Virus record (IMG/VR): IMGVR_UViG_3300020045_006043
Location: 1-38,435 of that record
Reading direction: 5' to 3' (one strand)
DNA length: 38,435 nt
Source: a virus
Lineage: Duplodnaviria; Caudoviricetes
Shown here in pieces: positions 1-8,455 of this stretch (position 1 is the first letter of the stretch; the number at the start of each line of letters is the position of its first letter). A program made the translations under genes and the position numbers. The notes beneath the pieces are model-generated. The model saw nothing but the letters and a program-made list of their open reading frames with translations. It searched no databases and was not told the DNA's origin.

Positions 1-121
1 CGCTGCGAATAGTGTTGTAATGCAGCCCTGTTTTACGGGAAACAGCCGAAATACGGCTGTCCTGCAAAAGCTCAATTATTGTCTCTAATGTCAGCATATT
101 TGCGTACCTTGTTAAAAATCA
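1..121. repeat. Direct terminal repeat, left copy (circular-assembly overlap)
   Basis: Identical to 38315-38435; it lies partly inside a gene, so it is most likely assembler overlap on a circular or permuted genome. Confidence 0.95.
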
Positions 122-123
122 TA

Positions 124-156
124 TTGACTTGTGCAAAAACAAACCTGATAAGTCAA
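124..156. promoter_or_regulatory. Divergent promoter/operator region between the HTH-primase operon and the AAA operon
   Basis: Inverted repeat TTGACTT (124-130) ... AAGTCAA (150-156) gives a TTGACT -35 on each strand in a short AT-rich gap between divergent genes; the -10 elements are poor. Confidence 0.45.
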
Positions 157-195
157 GGTGCAAGAAAAGAAGTCAACCACAGAAGGAACGATAGA

Positions 196-1044
196 ATGAG
201 TATTGCAGACCGGGCTAAAAAGCCCGAGCACGAACCTATGATTGCCACCATTTTAGGCGGACCCGGCACAGGCAAAACAAGTCTTGCCTCGACATTTCCC
301 AAACCATTATTTTTACGTACACAGGGCGAGGCTATTCCGCGTGACGCGGCGAATGGTCCAGACAGTATTGAGGTCACTAGCGTTGCCGACCTGTTTGATA
401 TTATGCTTGATCTTGTCAAGGAAGAACATGACTACCAGACAATTGTCATTGATAGCGTAACCGGCCTTGAAGCGCTGTTTATCGCTGACGTACTGGCAAA
501 TGATCCGAAAGCACGCGGGATTGCTCAAGCTTTAGGTGGTTGGGGCGCTGGTGCCGATGCTGTGGCCGCACAACATGCCAGAGTGCGTCGTGCCGCGGGC
601 GTTATTCGCGACCGTAAAGGCTGCAATGTGCTGTTTATCGCCCATGCGGATATTGGCCGTATCGACCCGCCAGACAGTGAGGGTTACAATCAATACAAGC
701 TCCGTCTGTCCAATAAATCGATGATGCCTTACGTTGATAGCGTGGATCTTGTGGGCTTTCTCAAGCAGGAAACAATCCTAAAGGGCGATGAAGGCGCAAA
801 AAAAGCGATCACCACTGGCGACCGGGTGCTTGTGACCTATTTGCAGCCTGCCAGTGTTTCCAAAAACCGCTATGGCATTACGGACGATATTACAGTGACG
901 CAGGGCGAAAACCCCTTGTCAGAGTATCTGATGCCTTTGGCTCCAAAGCCCAAGCGGCAGCCGAAAAAGGTTGTTGAGGTTGAGTCTGAAACCCCCGCCA
1001 ATGAAACAAGCGAAGAAGTAGCAACAGAAGGAAGTGTAGCATGA
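196..1044 (+). CDS. AAA_24 / Sak4-like ATPase (ssDNA-annealing recombinase)
   Basis: Walker A GGPGTGKTS, Walker B TIVIDS, FIAH motif, KNRY near the C-terminus; start moved to ATG 196 behind AGAAGGA; followed by SSB and exonuclease. Confidence 0.85.
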   Translation: MSIADRAKKPEHEPMIATILGGPGTGKTSLASTFPKPLFLRTQGEAIPRDAANGPDSIEVTSVADLFDIMLDLVKEEHDYQTIVIDSVTGLEALFIADVLANDPKARGIAQALGGWGAGADAVAAQHARVRRAAGVIRDRKGCNVLFIAHADIGRIDPPDSEGYNQYKLRLSNKSMMPYVDSVDLVGFLKQETILKGDEGAKKAITTGDRVLVTYLQPASVSKNRYGITDDITVTQGENPLSEYLMPLAPKPKRQPKKVVEVESETPANETSEEVATEGSVA

Positions 1045-1586
1045 GTTTCTGGAATCTTGATGATGGCGAGAGCGCCAAAGACGTAGGCACGAATTATGAC
1101 GCAGGCGGCGGTAATTTCGACCCTATACCGGACGGAACAAGCGTTCTGGCGATGATCGACGAAGCCAAATGGGACACCAACAAAGACAACGACGAGTATT
1201 GCTCGCTGCGCTATGCGATTGTTAAGCCGGAAGCTTATGCCAACCGGAAGGTGTTCCAAAAGCTATGGCTGACAGACCCTAAACCCCACACTAAGGACGC
1301 AGCGAAAGACCGCGACAAGGCCAAGCGCATGCTGGCTGCTATTGACGCCAATGCAGGCGGGAAGCTTATGAAGCTAGACAAGCGCCCGACCAATGAAGAT
1401 TTGGCCGTATGTCTCACCAACAAGATGATGGTCATTCGCCTTGGTGTTTGGGACATGGATGGCAAGTCGGGCAATTGGGTACAGGCCGTTTCGCCAAAGA
1501 GCGCGGAGATCAGTGAAGCCAAAGCGAAGCCTAAGACTAAGCCGAAAGCGGCGTTCGATGATATTGATACAGATATTCCGTTTTAA
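1041..1586 (+). CDS. DUF669-like single-stranded DNA-binding protein
   Basis: FDPIPDG motif, RKVFQKLW, acidic SSB-like tail DDIDTDIPF; ATGA overlap with the AAA gene. Confidence 0.8.
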   Translation: MSFWNLDDGESAKDVGTNYDAGGGNFDPIPDGTSVLAMIDEAKWDTNKDNDEYCSLRYAIVKPEAYANRKVFQKLWLTDPKPHTKDAAKDRDKAKRMLAAIDANAGGKLMKLDKRPTNEDLAVCLTNKMMVIRLGVWDMDGKSGNWVQAVSPKSAEISEAKAKPKTKPKAAFDDIDTDIPF

Positions 1587-1606
1587 TCGCGGTCAAAAAC
1601 ATGTTT

Positions 1607-1636
1607 TGGGGAGCCTTACGGGGCTTCCCATTTTTT
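1607..1636 (+). terminator. Intrinsic terminator-like hairpin after the SSB gene
   Basis: TGGGGAGCC-ttacgg-GGCTTCCCA followed by TTTTTT. Confidence 0.65.
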
Positions 1637-1656
1637 ACACAAATGGAGATAGAGTG

Positions 1657-2523
1657 ATGATGCAACAAAGATCGCCTGAATGGCATGAGGCACGAAAAGG
1701 CCGTGTAACTGGCTCTATGGTAGGGGCAATCCTTGGCCTCTCGCCATACATGACCCGTGGCGGCGCTATGCGCTCTATGGTCCGTGACGCGCTGGGACTA
1801 GAAAGCGAGTTTACTGGCAACGTCGCAACCGAATGGGGAACCTATAACGAAGCAGGCGCTATCGTAGATTTTACGATGCAGACCGATATAAGCGTAGAGC
1901 CATGCGGGTTTTATGCATATGAGGATTGGCTTGGTGCCTCGCCGGATGGCTTGACCAGCGATGGTGGGCTACTGGAGGTAAAGTGCCCCTTTGGCATTCG
2001 CAACGATCCAGCGCCTATATTCAAGACTGTCTTTGAGCAGCCGCATTATCTAGCCCAAATGCAAATTCAGATGTTTGTGACAAGCAAGCCCCATTGCTGG
2101 TTTTTCCAATGGACGCCGCATGGTAATTTGTTGCGGAAAGTTGATTACAACCCGCATTGGATTGAAGAAAATCTGCCAAAACTTGCGCAATTTTATGCGC
2201 AATATCTGGATGAAGTCAAAGACCCGACGGACCATGTTGGGCCATTGCGGGTGGAGTGTGACACACCCGAAGCATATAAAATTATGCGCGAATATGACGA
2301 GCTGTGCGAGCAGATCGACAATGCAACCGAGCGCAAGAAAGAAGTTTTGGGCGAGTTGGTTACAATGGCAGGCGGTAAAAATGCGCTCATTGCCGGACGT
2401 AAGCTGACACAGGTCAATAAAGATGGCGCAATAAGCTACGCGAAGGCGATTAAGGAGCTTGCGCCCGATGCCAACCTTGAACCTTACAGGGGTAAGCCTA
2501 GCAGTTTCTGGGTTGTGAAATAA
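1657..2523 (+). CDS. YqaJ-like (lambda exonuclease family) recombination exonuclease
   Basis: QRSPEWHEARKGRVTGS, LGASPDG, LLEVKCP and YLAQMQIQM motifs; start at 1657 behind GGAGATAG. Confidence 0.9.
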   Translation: MMQQRSPEWHEARKGRVTGSMVGAILGLSPYMTRGGAMRSMVRDALGLESEFTGNVATEWGTYNEAGAIVDFTMQTDISVEPCGFYAYEDWLGASPDGLTSDGGLLEVKCPFGIRNDPAPIFKTVFEQPHYLAQMQIQMFVTSKPHCWFFQWTPHGNLLRKVDYNPHWIEENLPKLAQFYAQYLDEVKDPTDHVGPLRVECDTPEAYKIMREYDELCEQIDNATERKKEVLGELVTMAGGKNALIAGRKLTQVNKDGAISYAKAIKELAPDANLEPYRGKPSSFWVVK

Positions 2524-4329
2524 ATGCAGTTGCGCCCCTATCAGCAGGCGGCTTGCGATGCTGTGATGGAGTGGGTGCGGGGTAGCGTTGATCCATGCGT
2601 GGTTGACGCGGCACCGGCCGCCGGTAAGAGCTTTATGATAGCCAGCCTGTCGGACCGCCTCCACCAGATAAGCGGCGGTAAACGGGTGCTTGTACTGGCC
2701 CCATCAAAAGAGCTTGTTGAACAGGATTTTGAAAAATTCCTGCTTACTGGCAATAACGCCTCAATCTTTTCAGCGTCGGCAGGCAGGAAGAGCACCCGCT
2801 ATCATGTTGTGTTCGGCACGCCACTGACCGTCAAGAACGCCATATCGCGTTTTATCAGTGGGTATTGTGCAGTGATTGTCGATGAAGCGCATGGCATGAC
2901 GCCAACGATTACCGAGATCATTGACGAAATGCGGGTAGGCAATCCAGCCTTGCGCGTCATTGGATTGACCGGCACGCCCTACAGGCTGGGCAGCGGCTAT
3001 ATTTTCCGCATATGGCCAGACGGCCACGCTAATGGTGATGATGTTACCCGAGAACCTTATTTCACAAAATGCGTTTATCGCGTTAGCGCCCGCGAAATGC
3101 TGGATGAAGGCTTCATCACGCCCATGAAAATAGGCGCGATCAACAGCGCGGAAGGTGGCTACGATACCAGCGGGGTTATCGTCAAGGCCAATGGTATGCT
3201 GGATGAGCGCACAGTAGAGCAAGCGTTCGTCGGCCATGGCCGCAAGACAGCGGCAATCGTGGCGGACGTTATCGAGCAAGCCCGGTGTAGGCATGGCGGG
3301 ATTATGTATTTTGGTGCAACAGTGCAGCACGCCAAAGAGATATTGGCTAGCCTGCCGCCAGAGACAAGCGCACTGGTGACAGGCGACACCAAAAAGCCCG
3401 AACGCGAACGGATAATCCGGCGCTATAGGGCTAAAGAAATACGCCATCTTGTGAATGTCGGGACACTAACCACAGGGTTTGATGTTAGCCATACAGAGAC
3501 GATCGCCCTGCTACGCTACACTGAAAGTGCGGCGCTGCTACAGCAGATCATGGGGAGGGCTTGGCGACTTGACACCGATAAACAAGACAGCCTTTTACTG
3601 GATTATGCCAGCAATGTAGAGCGACACTTCCCGGATGGTGATATTTATAATCCGACAATCAAGGCAGGCAAGATAGGCGGGGGCAATGGTAGTGTAGAAG
3701 CGCAATGCCCCGATTGCGATCATGTCAATATGTTCAGTCTTAACCCTGATAATGCGGATTATGTTCCAGATAAGCACGGCTATGCACTAGACGTTTTTGG
3801 GGAACCGATACAGACCGAGTTTGGCCCGCTTCCTGTCCATTATGGCAGGCGCTGCTTTGGCATGGTCAAGACCGCCGATATGGGGAAATACACCCGCTGC
3901 AATTACCGCTGGACTGGCAAGGATTGCCCGCATTGTGGAGAGAAGAACGACATTGCGGCCCGATATTGCTATGAGTGCAAGGGTGAGATTGTGGATCCCA
4001 ACGAGAAGTTGGCTGCTGATTTTAAGGCTCTGAAAAAAGACCCGACGCAGCCGCAATGTGATAAGATTGTTTCGATGGTGACAAAGGAAGGGGTTAGCGC
4101 CAGAGGCAACACCACGCTTAGGGCTGACTTCAAGACGCCTTATCGGCAGTTTAGTATATGGTTTATGCCAGAAAGCCCCATGAAGGCCAAGAAAACAGAA
4201 TATGCAGCTTTTTGTGAGGCGACGGATAATGGCACTGAGCAGCCGGATACGATAACCTATGTCAAGGACGCCAGTAGCTCCTTTTACCGGATATTGGCGT
4301 ATAACAGGCCAGAGGACATGTTAGAATGA
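2524..4329 (+). CDS. SF2 DEAD/DEAH-box helicase with C-terminal Zn fingers (RadD/YejH-like)
   Basis: LRPYQ Q-motif, APAAGKS, DEAH, TGTP, LTTGFD, QIMGRAWR; CxxC pairs in the C-terminal part. Confidence 0.92.
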   Translation: MQLRPYQQAACDAVMEWVRGSVDPCVVDAAPAAGKSFMIASLSDRLHQISGGKRVLVLAPSKELVEQDFEKFLLTGNNASIFSASAGRKSTRYHVVFGTPLTVKNAISRFISGYCAVIVDEAHGMTPTITEIIDEMRVGNPALRVIGLTGTPYRLGSGYIFRIWPDGHANGDDVTREPYFTKCVYRVSAREMLDEGFITPMKIGAINSAEGGYDTSGVIVKANGMLDERTVEQAFVGHGRKTAAIVADVIEQARCRHGGIMYFGATVQHAKEILASLPPETSALVTGDTKKPERERIIRRYRAKEIRHLVNVGTLTTGFDVSHTETIALLRYTESAALLQQIMGRAWRLDTDKQDSLLLDYASNVERHFPDGDIYNPTIKAGKIGGGNGSVEAQCPDCDHVNMFSLNPDNADYVPDKHGYALDVFGEPIQTEFGPLPVHYGRRCFGMVKTADMGKYTRCNYRWTGKDCPHCGEKNDIAARYCYECKGEIVDPNEKLAADFKALKKDPTQPQCDKIVSMVTKEGVSARGNTTLRADFKTPYRQFSIWFMPESPMKAKKTEYAAFCEATDNGTEQPDTITYVKDASSSFYRILAYNRPEDMLE

Positions 4330-4748
4330 ACCTGAAGGATTTACCGTTTCCTATTTTTGGCGACACTAGCTTTCGCGGAAAATGCCCCCACGAACATGTG
4401 GAGCAGGCGTCGTTCTTTAGTCGATTGCGACGTGAGTATTCCGATAGCTATGGGCTGATTGCGATCCATCCGCGCAATGAGGGTTTAAAGACCGGCGGGC
4501 AATTCTCGACGGTGATAAAGCATAGCGCGGAAGGTATGACGCCGGGGGCCAGCGACATAATCATTCCTGCCTGCCCATCTTTTGTCTGTGAATTGAAAAG
4601 GCGCGATCATACGTTATCAGCGTGGCAGGACGGGCAGCAGGAGTATCTTGCAGCGGCACAGGCCAATGGCGCGTTTGTATGCGTTGCATTGGGCGCTGTA
4701 GGGGCTTGGGAAGCCTTTGAGGCGTGGAAGGCCATCGCACGTGGCTGA
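4326..4748 (+). CDS. VRR-NUC domain nuclease (Holliday junction resolvase-like)
   Basis: EHVEQ, HPRNE, EGMTPGASD, ELK, Q..YL motifs of the PD-(D/E)xK VRR-NUC family. Confidence 0.85.
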   Translation: MNLKDLPFPIFGDTSFRGKCPHEHVEQASFFSRLRREYSDSYGLIAIHPRNEGLKTGGQFSTVIKHSAEGMTPGASDIIIPACPSFVCELKRRDHTLSAWQDGQQEYLAAAQANGAFVCVALGAVGAWEAFEAWKAIARG

Positions 4749-4749
4749 T

Positions 4750-4980
4750 ATGCTTATACGGCCTCAGGAGTGGCTTAATAAGCTACTAACCGGGCAGATT
4801 GAAATGAGCCAAGCGCCAGAGGCTATTCAAAGTTGGGCGAGGTTCGCGATTTTTGAGGGGGCAGAGGCGATCTTGAGAATGGAGGAGCTTGAGGATAGGC
4901 GGGCTGCGCTCAAAAAAATACCGGATAAAATCCGGCCATATGTTGAAGCTGAAATAAAACGACTTTGGGCTTGCAAATAA
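4750..4980 (+). CDS. Hypothetical phage protein
   Basis: ATG 1 nt after the VRR-NUC stop; helical 76-aa ORF ending the operon. Confidence 0.7.
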   Translation: MLIRPQEWLNKLLTGQIEMSQAPEAIQSWARFAIFEGAEAILRMEELEDRRAALKKIPDKIRPYVEAEIKRLWACK

Positions 4981-4998
4981 ATCGCGTCTGTGCAATGT
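4971..4998 (+). promoter_or_regulatory. Candidate sigma70-type promoter for a small RNA
   Basis: TTGCAA-N16-CAATGT; same TTGC-type -35 and 16-17 bp spacer as the other promoters in this genome. Confidence 0.4.
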
Positions 4999-5003
4999 TT
5001 GGT

Positions 5004-5062
5004 TTTCCTACTATCTCCTAATGTGGGTAAGAGGGCTGGCTCATCACCGGCCCTCTTTTTTT
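5004..5062 (+). ncRNA. Candidate anti-Shine-Dalgarno small RNA
   Basis: 5' segment CCTACTATCTCCT complementary to the phage RBS AGGAGATAG, followed by a terminator; no + strand ORF here. Confidence 0.5.
5029..5062 (+). terminator. Intrinsic terminator between convergent operons
   Basis: AAGAGGGCTGG-ctcatca-CCGGCCCTCTT followed by a T-run. Confidence 0.85.
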
Positions 5063-5522
5063 ATATCAAGCGTGCGTCGTATGTGATTGTGATTTTGTGA
5101 TCTCGTGCGGCGGTAATTAAGTCCTTTGCAGCCATGCCGGGTAAGCCGTCATTGCGAATGCCGTAGGATAGTAAAGCCCTTAAAAGCGCCTTTGATCCCA
5201 TTTCACAAGACAGATAGCGGTTATCGTGATTTTCTGCGTTTTTTGTATTCCCTAGAGCGCGGCCATCTTCTGCCCTTTTCCTGCGCTTTTCCCGTTCGTT
5301 CAAAATATAAGTATTGACTACCTCTATTTCACCTTGGGATGGCTTGTGGCCATCTTTTAGTGATTTGGCGTAATCTGGTTTTCCGAGGGATTCAGCGCAT
5401 AATCTGGACATGCTGATCTTTAGTCTAGCGGCTTCCTTCTTTATTTTTGTGTGGAATGGGTGGGCATCTTTACCCGGCATAAATCCAAACCGCATCATCT
5501 TATGCTCTTCCATCATCATCAT
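5061..5522 (-). CDS. Hypothetical protein, possibly with an N-terminal HTH-like region
   Basis: ATGA overlap with the upstream regulator gene; basic and helical. Confidence 0.65.
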   Translation of the reverse strand: MMMMEEHKMMRFGFMPGKDAHPFHTKIKKEAARLKISMSRLCAESLGKPDYAKSLKDGHKPSQGEIEVVNTYILNEREKRRKRAEDGRALGNTKNAENHDNRYLSCEMGSKALLRALLSYGIRNDGLPGMAAKDLITAARDHKITITYDARLI

Positions 5523-5770
5523 TTCTCTCGTTTTGGAAAATCATCCACGGTCAATTGCTTGCCCTGTTTTTTGGCAATTCCGATCAAGATTGGCCAGTAC
5601 ACGTCAGGGATATACCCGCTGCGATTAACCCAGCTTTTCACCGTCGCAGGACTAAAATAACGGCCAAGGCTATTGCCAATAAGGCTGGCCACCGCATTAA
5701 CCCCGCCGAACATTTCCACAATGCGGGAAGTGCCTGCATTGACTGGCTCTTTTTTAGGTCTGCCCATCAT
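5519..5770 (-). CDS. Cro-like HTH regulator (carph-isopro-like)
   Basis: IVEMFGGVNAVA...PATVKSW..SGYIP..YWP.L pattern of Cro/YdaS-like phage regulators; RBS AAAGGA; first gene after a divergent promoter. Confidence 0.75.
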   Translation of the reverse strand: MMGRPKKEPVNAGTSRIVEMFGGVNAVASLIGNSLGRYFSPATVKSWVNRSGYIPDVYWPILIGIAKKQGKQLTVDDFPKREK

Positions 5771-5793
5771 TATCCTTTCGTTGTTGAGCGCCC

Positions 5794-5821
5794 AACATAG
5801 TCACATAATAAAAAGATGCAA
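5794..5821 (-). promoter_or_regulatory. Promoter for the Cro-like gene
   Basis: TTGCAT-N16-TATGTT on the - strand. Confidence 0.55.
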
Positions 5822-5834
5822 TGCGATTTATTTA

Positions 5835-5862
5835 TTGACGCAGTGAATTTTATCTATATTGT
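5835..5862 (+). promoter_or_regulatory. Promoter of the rightward early operon
   Basis: TTGACG-N16-TATTGT, followed by RBS AAGGAG and ATG 5884. Confidence 0.7.
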
Positions 5863-5883
5863 GGTCACCAAGGAGATAGAGAG

Positions 5884-6153
5884 ATGACGTTACCACAGAC
5901 ATTGATTGCCGAACTTGAGAAGCTGGACGACGCGCAGATATTTGAGCTGCTCGGTCATATCGTTGATCCCGGCAAGGATAGCCCATTCACCATTTCCCCA
6001 TATTTGCAGGATTGTCTTATGGATATGTCGGACAGCTATGGCATAGCGCGTTACGAATACCTCGCTGACAGCACCAACGACACATGGACGCAAACGAGCG
6101 ATCAGGTTTATGACGACCTGCGCGCCGATGAAGCTGGAGTGTATGCGAAATGA
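5884..6153 (+). CDS. Acidic hypothetical early protein
   Basis: Strong RBS AAGGAGATAG; first of a chain of overlapping small ORFs. Confidence 0.8.
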   Translation: MTLPQTLIAELEKLDDAQIFELLGHIVDPGKDSPFTISPYLQDCLMDMSDSYGIARYEYLADSTNDTWTQTSDQVYDDLRADEAGVYAK

Positions 6154-6359
6154 GCATACAGGATCACATACGCGCTCTGTATAATGATTACACAAAAGCC
6201 CGTGATGCCTTGGATTATGCACAATACGGCACTCCATCTGTGAATAATCGTGAGTACGCCAAGCTAGACGATGCAGTAATAGACGCGCACGACAAGCTTA
6301 TGGATGCAATCAAGATCGTCACAGGTCTTACAAGCGATGAACTGGAGAAAATACGGTGA
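6150..6359 (+). CDS. Hypothetical protein
   Basis: ATGA overlap, GGAG upstream. Confidence 0.75.
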   Translation: MSIQDHIRALYNDYTKARDALDYAQYGTPSVNNREYAKLDDAVIDAHDKLMDAIKIVTGLTSDELEKIR

Positions 6360-6595
6360 AATACACACATATTCCTGAATATGAGCGTGCAGAAGAAGCC
6401 GCACAGCGTGGCGATAAAGACGCATACGCAGGCATTATGGAGCCGGTGATGAAGCGCCGAGGCCGATTCAACCCGGACGCGCCCAAGACAATACCAGCCA
6501 AGCATTTGATCTTTGATGCGCTCATGTTCACCGCTGGCGCTGCCAGCCTTGCATTTGTGGCGCTTATGATCGCTGTTGCAGTGGGGGTGGTGTGA
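6356..6595 (+). CDS. Hypothetical protein with C-terminal TM helix
   Basis: GTGA overlap, GGAG RBS, hydrophobic C-terminus. Confidence 0.7.
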   Translation: MKYTHIPEYERAEEAAQRGDKDAYAGIMEPVMKRRGRFNPDAPKTIPAKHLIFDALMFTAGAASLAFVALMIAVAVGVV

Positions 6596-6741
6596 TGAGC
6601 GAACCTCCAGAATGGCTAAGCGCGGTTGGGGCTACTTGCGCTTCTTTCCTTGTCATATCCGCATTTTATGACCGTCGCGTTGGGATGGCTCTTTTTTGGC
6701 TGGCGATGCTGGCGCTTAACATATGGGGTGTTGCGACATGA
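6595..6741 (+). CDS. Small two-TM membrane protein (48 aa; not in ORF track)
   Basis: MSEPPEWLSAVGATCASFLVISAFYDRRVGMALFWLAMLALNIWGVAT; TGATG overlap. Confidence 0.6.
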   Translation: MSEPPEWLSAVGATCASFLVISAFYDRRVGMALFWLAMLALNIWGVAT

Positions 6742-6851
6742 TAGATTGGCGGAAACCCATACCATTTAAGCCGACCGAGAAAAAGGACGGTGACCTTGTA
6801 TTAACATCACGCGGATGGCGTGTCGTAGGAGAAAAACCATGTTCAAAGTAG
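6738..6851 (+). CDS. Small hypothetical protein (37 aa; not in ORF track)
   Basis: MIDWRKPIPFKPTEKKDGDLVLTSRGWRVVGEKPCSK; ATGA overlap, fills the operon gap. Confidence 0.5.
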   Translation: MIDWRKPIPFKPTEKKDGDLVLTSRGWRVVGEKPCSK

Positions 6852-7219
6852 GTGATACGGGCAAGACCCGTGGCGGTCAGGATTATCGGGTTGTCTGTGT
6901 GGATGCCGAGGGTGACAACCCAGTCGTTGCGTTGATTAGGGGCGATAATGAAAAGGATTTTCCTGTCACCTATAAGGGGAAGGGAAATTTTTTCATAGAT
7001 GGTGAGCACCCCTTAGACCTCATCAAGCAGCCAGTTCGTGAGGTGGGGTATGCTGCCATGTATCGAGATTGCTCCGGTATTATTGAGCACGACATTCCCG
7101 AACTAGCTATCGCACGGGCGGAAGGCAACGACGGATACTCCGACCGCTTTCTTGAAGCCACATTTGAGGACGGCAAACCCGTTGAAGCGCGTATCGTATT
7201 TGTGGAGGGTGGGGAATGA
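6839..7219 (+). CDS. Hypothetical phage protein (FKVG..KTRGG..RVVCVD type)
   Basis: AGGAG RBS before ATG 6839; pattern typical of phage accessory proteins. Confidence 0.75.
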   Translation: MFKVGDTGKTRGGQDYRVVCVDAEGDNPVVALIRGDNEKDFPVTYKGKGNFFIDGEHPLDLIKQPVREVGYAAMYRDCSGIIEHDIPELAIARAEGNDGYSDRFLEATFEDGKPVEARIVFVEGGE

Positions 7220-7497
7220 CCGACAAGCCAACAGTGACGCAGGCGGATCGAGTGGCCGCTGCTGCGTATCAACGACAGCCTGTTGCGACGGACAGTAACC
7301 CTCTCGATCAAGCGTTCGCCGCGCACCGCAAAGCCGCGATCAAAGAAGCGGTGGGTGATCCAGTCGCCTATATGTATACACTGATACGCGGTGGCGAGGG
7401 GTTTATACAGCGCAATAGGGCCAACATGGACTCGCGCTATTGGCTTGAAACACCGCTTTACGCCCTCACCAGCGCGAAAGGTCAGGGCGATGAGTGA
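7216..7497 (+). CDS. Hypothetical protein
   Basis: ATGA overlap, GGAGG upstream. Confidence 0.7.
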   Translation: MTDKPTVTQADRVAAAAYQRQPVATDSNPLDQAFAAHRKAAIKEAVGDPVAYMYTLIRGGEGFIQRNRANMDSRYWLETPLYALTSAKGQGDE

Positions 7498-7843
7498 TCT
7501 TGTTGAACGCGTAGCCAAGTCCATTTATGAGACTGTTCACATCGCCAAAGACGGTTTTATCGTTATTCCTTGGGGGTCTGGCGGGATGGAGCTTGAAAAA
7601 GAGCAAGTATTCTGCCGTAAATTGGCAAAGGCTGCAATAGAGGCTACAGAACCAGCCGACCGCATCGCCGCGCTGGAAGCTGAGAATAAGCGGTTGCGAG
7701 AGGCTTTGGGAGAGATCAAAGAACTGCCCGGCGAGCTTAACCTATCCAACTACGATCAGGATGATGTTGCGGCTCTCAATGCGTCGCACATTGAGGCATT
7801 TAACATTGCCGACACAGCCCTCGCACAGCAGGGGGCGGAATGA
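7490..7843 (+). CDS. Coiled-coil accessory protein (Ea22-like style)
   Basis: MSDLVERVAK start; ADRIAALEAENKRLREAL coiled coil. Confidence 0.7.
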   Translation: MSDLVERVAKSIYETVHIAKDGFIVIPWGSGGMELEKEQVFCRKLAKAAIEATEPADRIAALEAENKRLREALGEIKELPGELNLSNYDQDDVAALNASHIEAFNIADTALAQQGAE

Positions 7844-8106
7844 TGATAGGTCTTAATTTCCTCATTGAAGGGCGTCCCTATGCGTACAGGCAATGGCCTG
7901 CCGTCCCACGTCAAGGTGACATTGTAAAACTACACAATCCGTTGCGCGAGGATGGCGTTCGTTATCCGGCACGTGTGCTACTCGTTGTTTGGGGATCGCG
8001 TGAGGAGTCGTGGGCTGGAAAATTGCTAGAATGTGAAATTCATATCGCTTGGGATGACAACATAGCTATTCCCCAAATAGAGATGGTGCAGCATGACCCT
8101 CTCTGA
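7840..8106 (+). CDS. Hypothetical protein
   Basis: ATGA overlap within the early operon. Confidence 0.65.
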   Translation: MMIGLNFLIEGRPYAYRQWPAVPRQGDIVKLHNPLREDGVRYPARVLLVVWGSREESWAGKLLECEIHIAWDDNIAIPQIEMVQHDPL

Positions 8107-8455
8107 CCGCGTGGCCGCTAAGCCTTCCGCAGTTTATAAAAATCGCATGCAGCGTTATGCGGATGATGTTTGGCTTATATGGTCAAACAAATGGGGCTGC
8201 TGGTATCGCGACAATTCTGCTGGATATACAAGCGACATAGCGCAGGCCGGATTATATAATCGTGCCAAAGCGGAAAAGCATTACACAGCAGCAAACCTAC
8301 CAAAAAGTTACCGTGACACCGAGCCATTTCCCCTCTCATCAGTGCGAGAAATGCTGCTTAGGCGGCGTGACCAGATCGAGATAGAGGCAGCCGATAAGAT
8401 TGCTCGTATCAATGACGCACTGAATGGGAGGCTAGCACATGCAAAGCCTGAGTGA
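8093..8455 (+). CDS. Hypothetical protein (WLIWS...W.R...AGYT.DI..AGLY type)
   Basis: Aromatic motif common in phage accessory proteins; overlaps its neighbours. Confidence 0.7.
   Translation: MTLSDRVAAKPSAVYKNRMQRYADDVWLIWSNKWGCWYRDNSAGYTSDIAQAGLYNRAKAEKHYTAANLPKSYRDTEPFPLSSVREMLLRRRDQIEIEAADKIARINDALNGRLAHAKPE

Noticed and set aside
1-121. 121-bp terminal repeat as a biological DTR
   Set aside because: It cuts through the HTH gene, has a k-mer-like length and lies far from terS; assembly overlap is the simpler explanation
79-195. N-terminal extensions in the ORF track (also 1441-1656, 7391-7489, 13411-13488, 31181-31234, 35416-35436)
   Set aside because: Downstream ATGs have better RBSs or coupling and match the family N-termini; the extensions overlap promoters or other genes
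2770-3447. 225-aa - strand ORF and similar antisense ORFs in the replication operon
   Set aside because: Shadow frames of the helicase and exonuclease with no motifs
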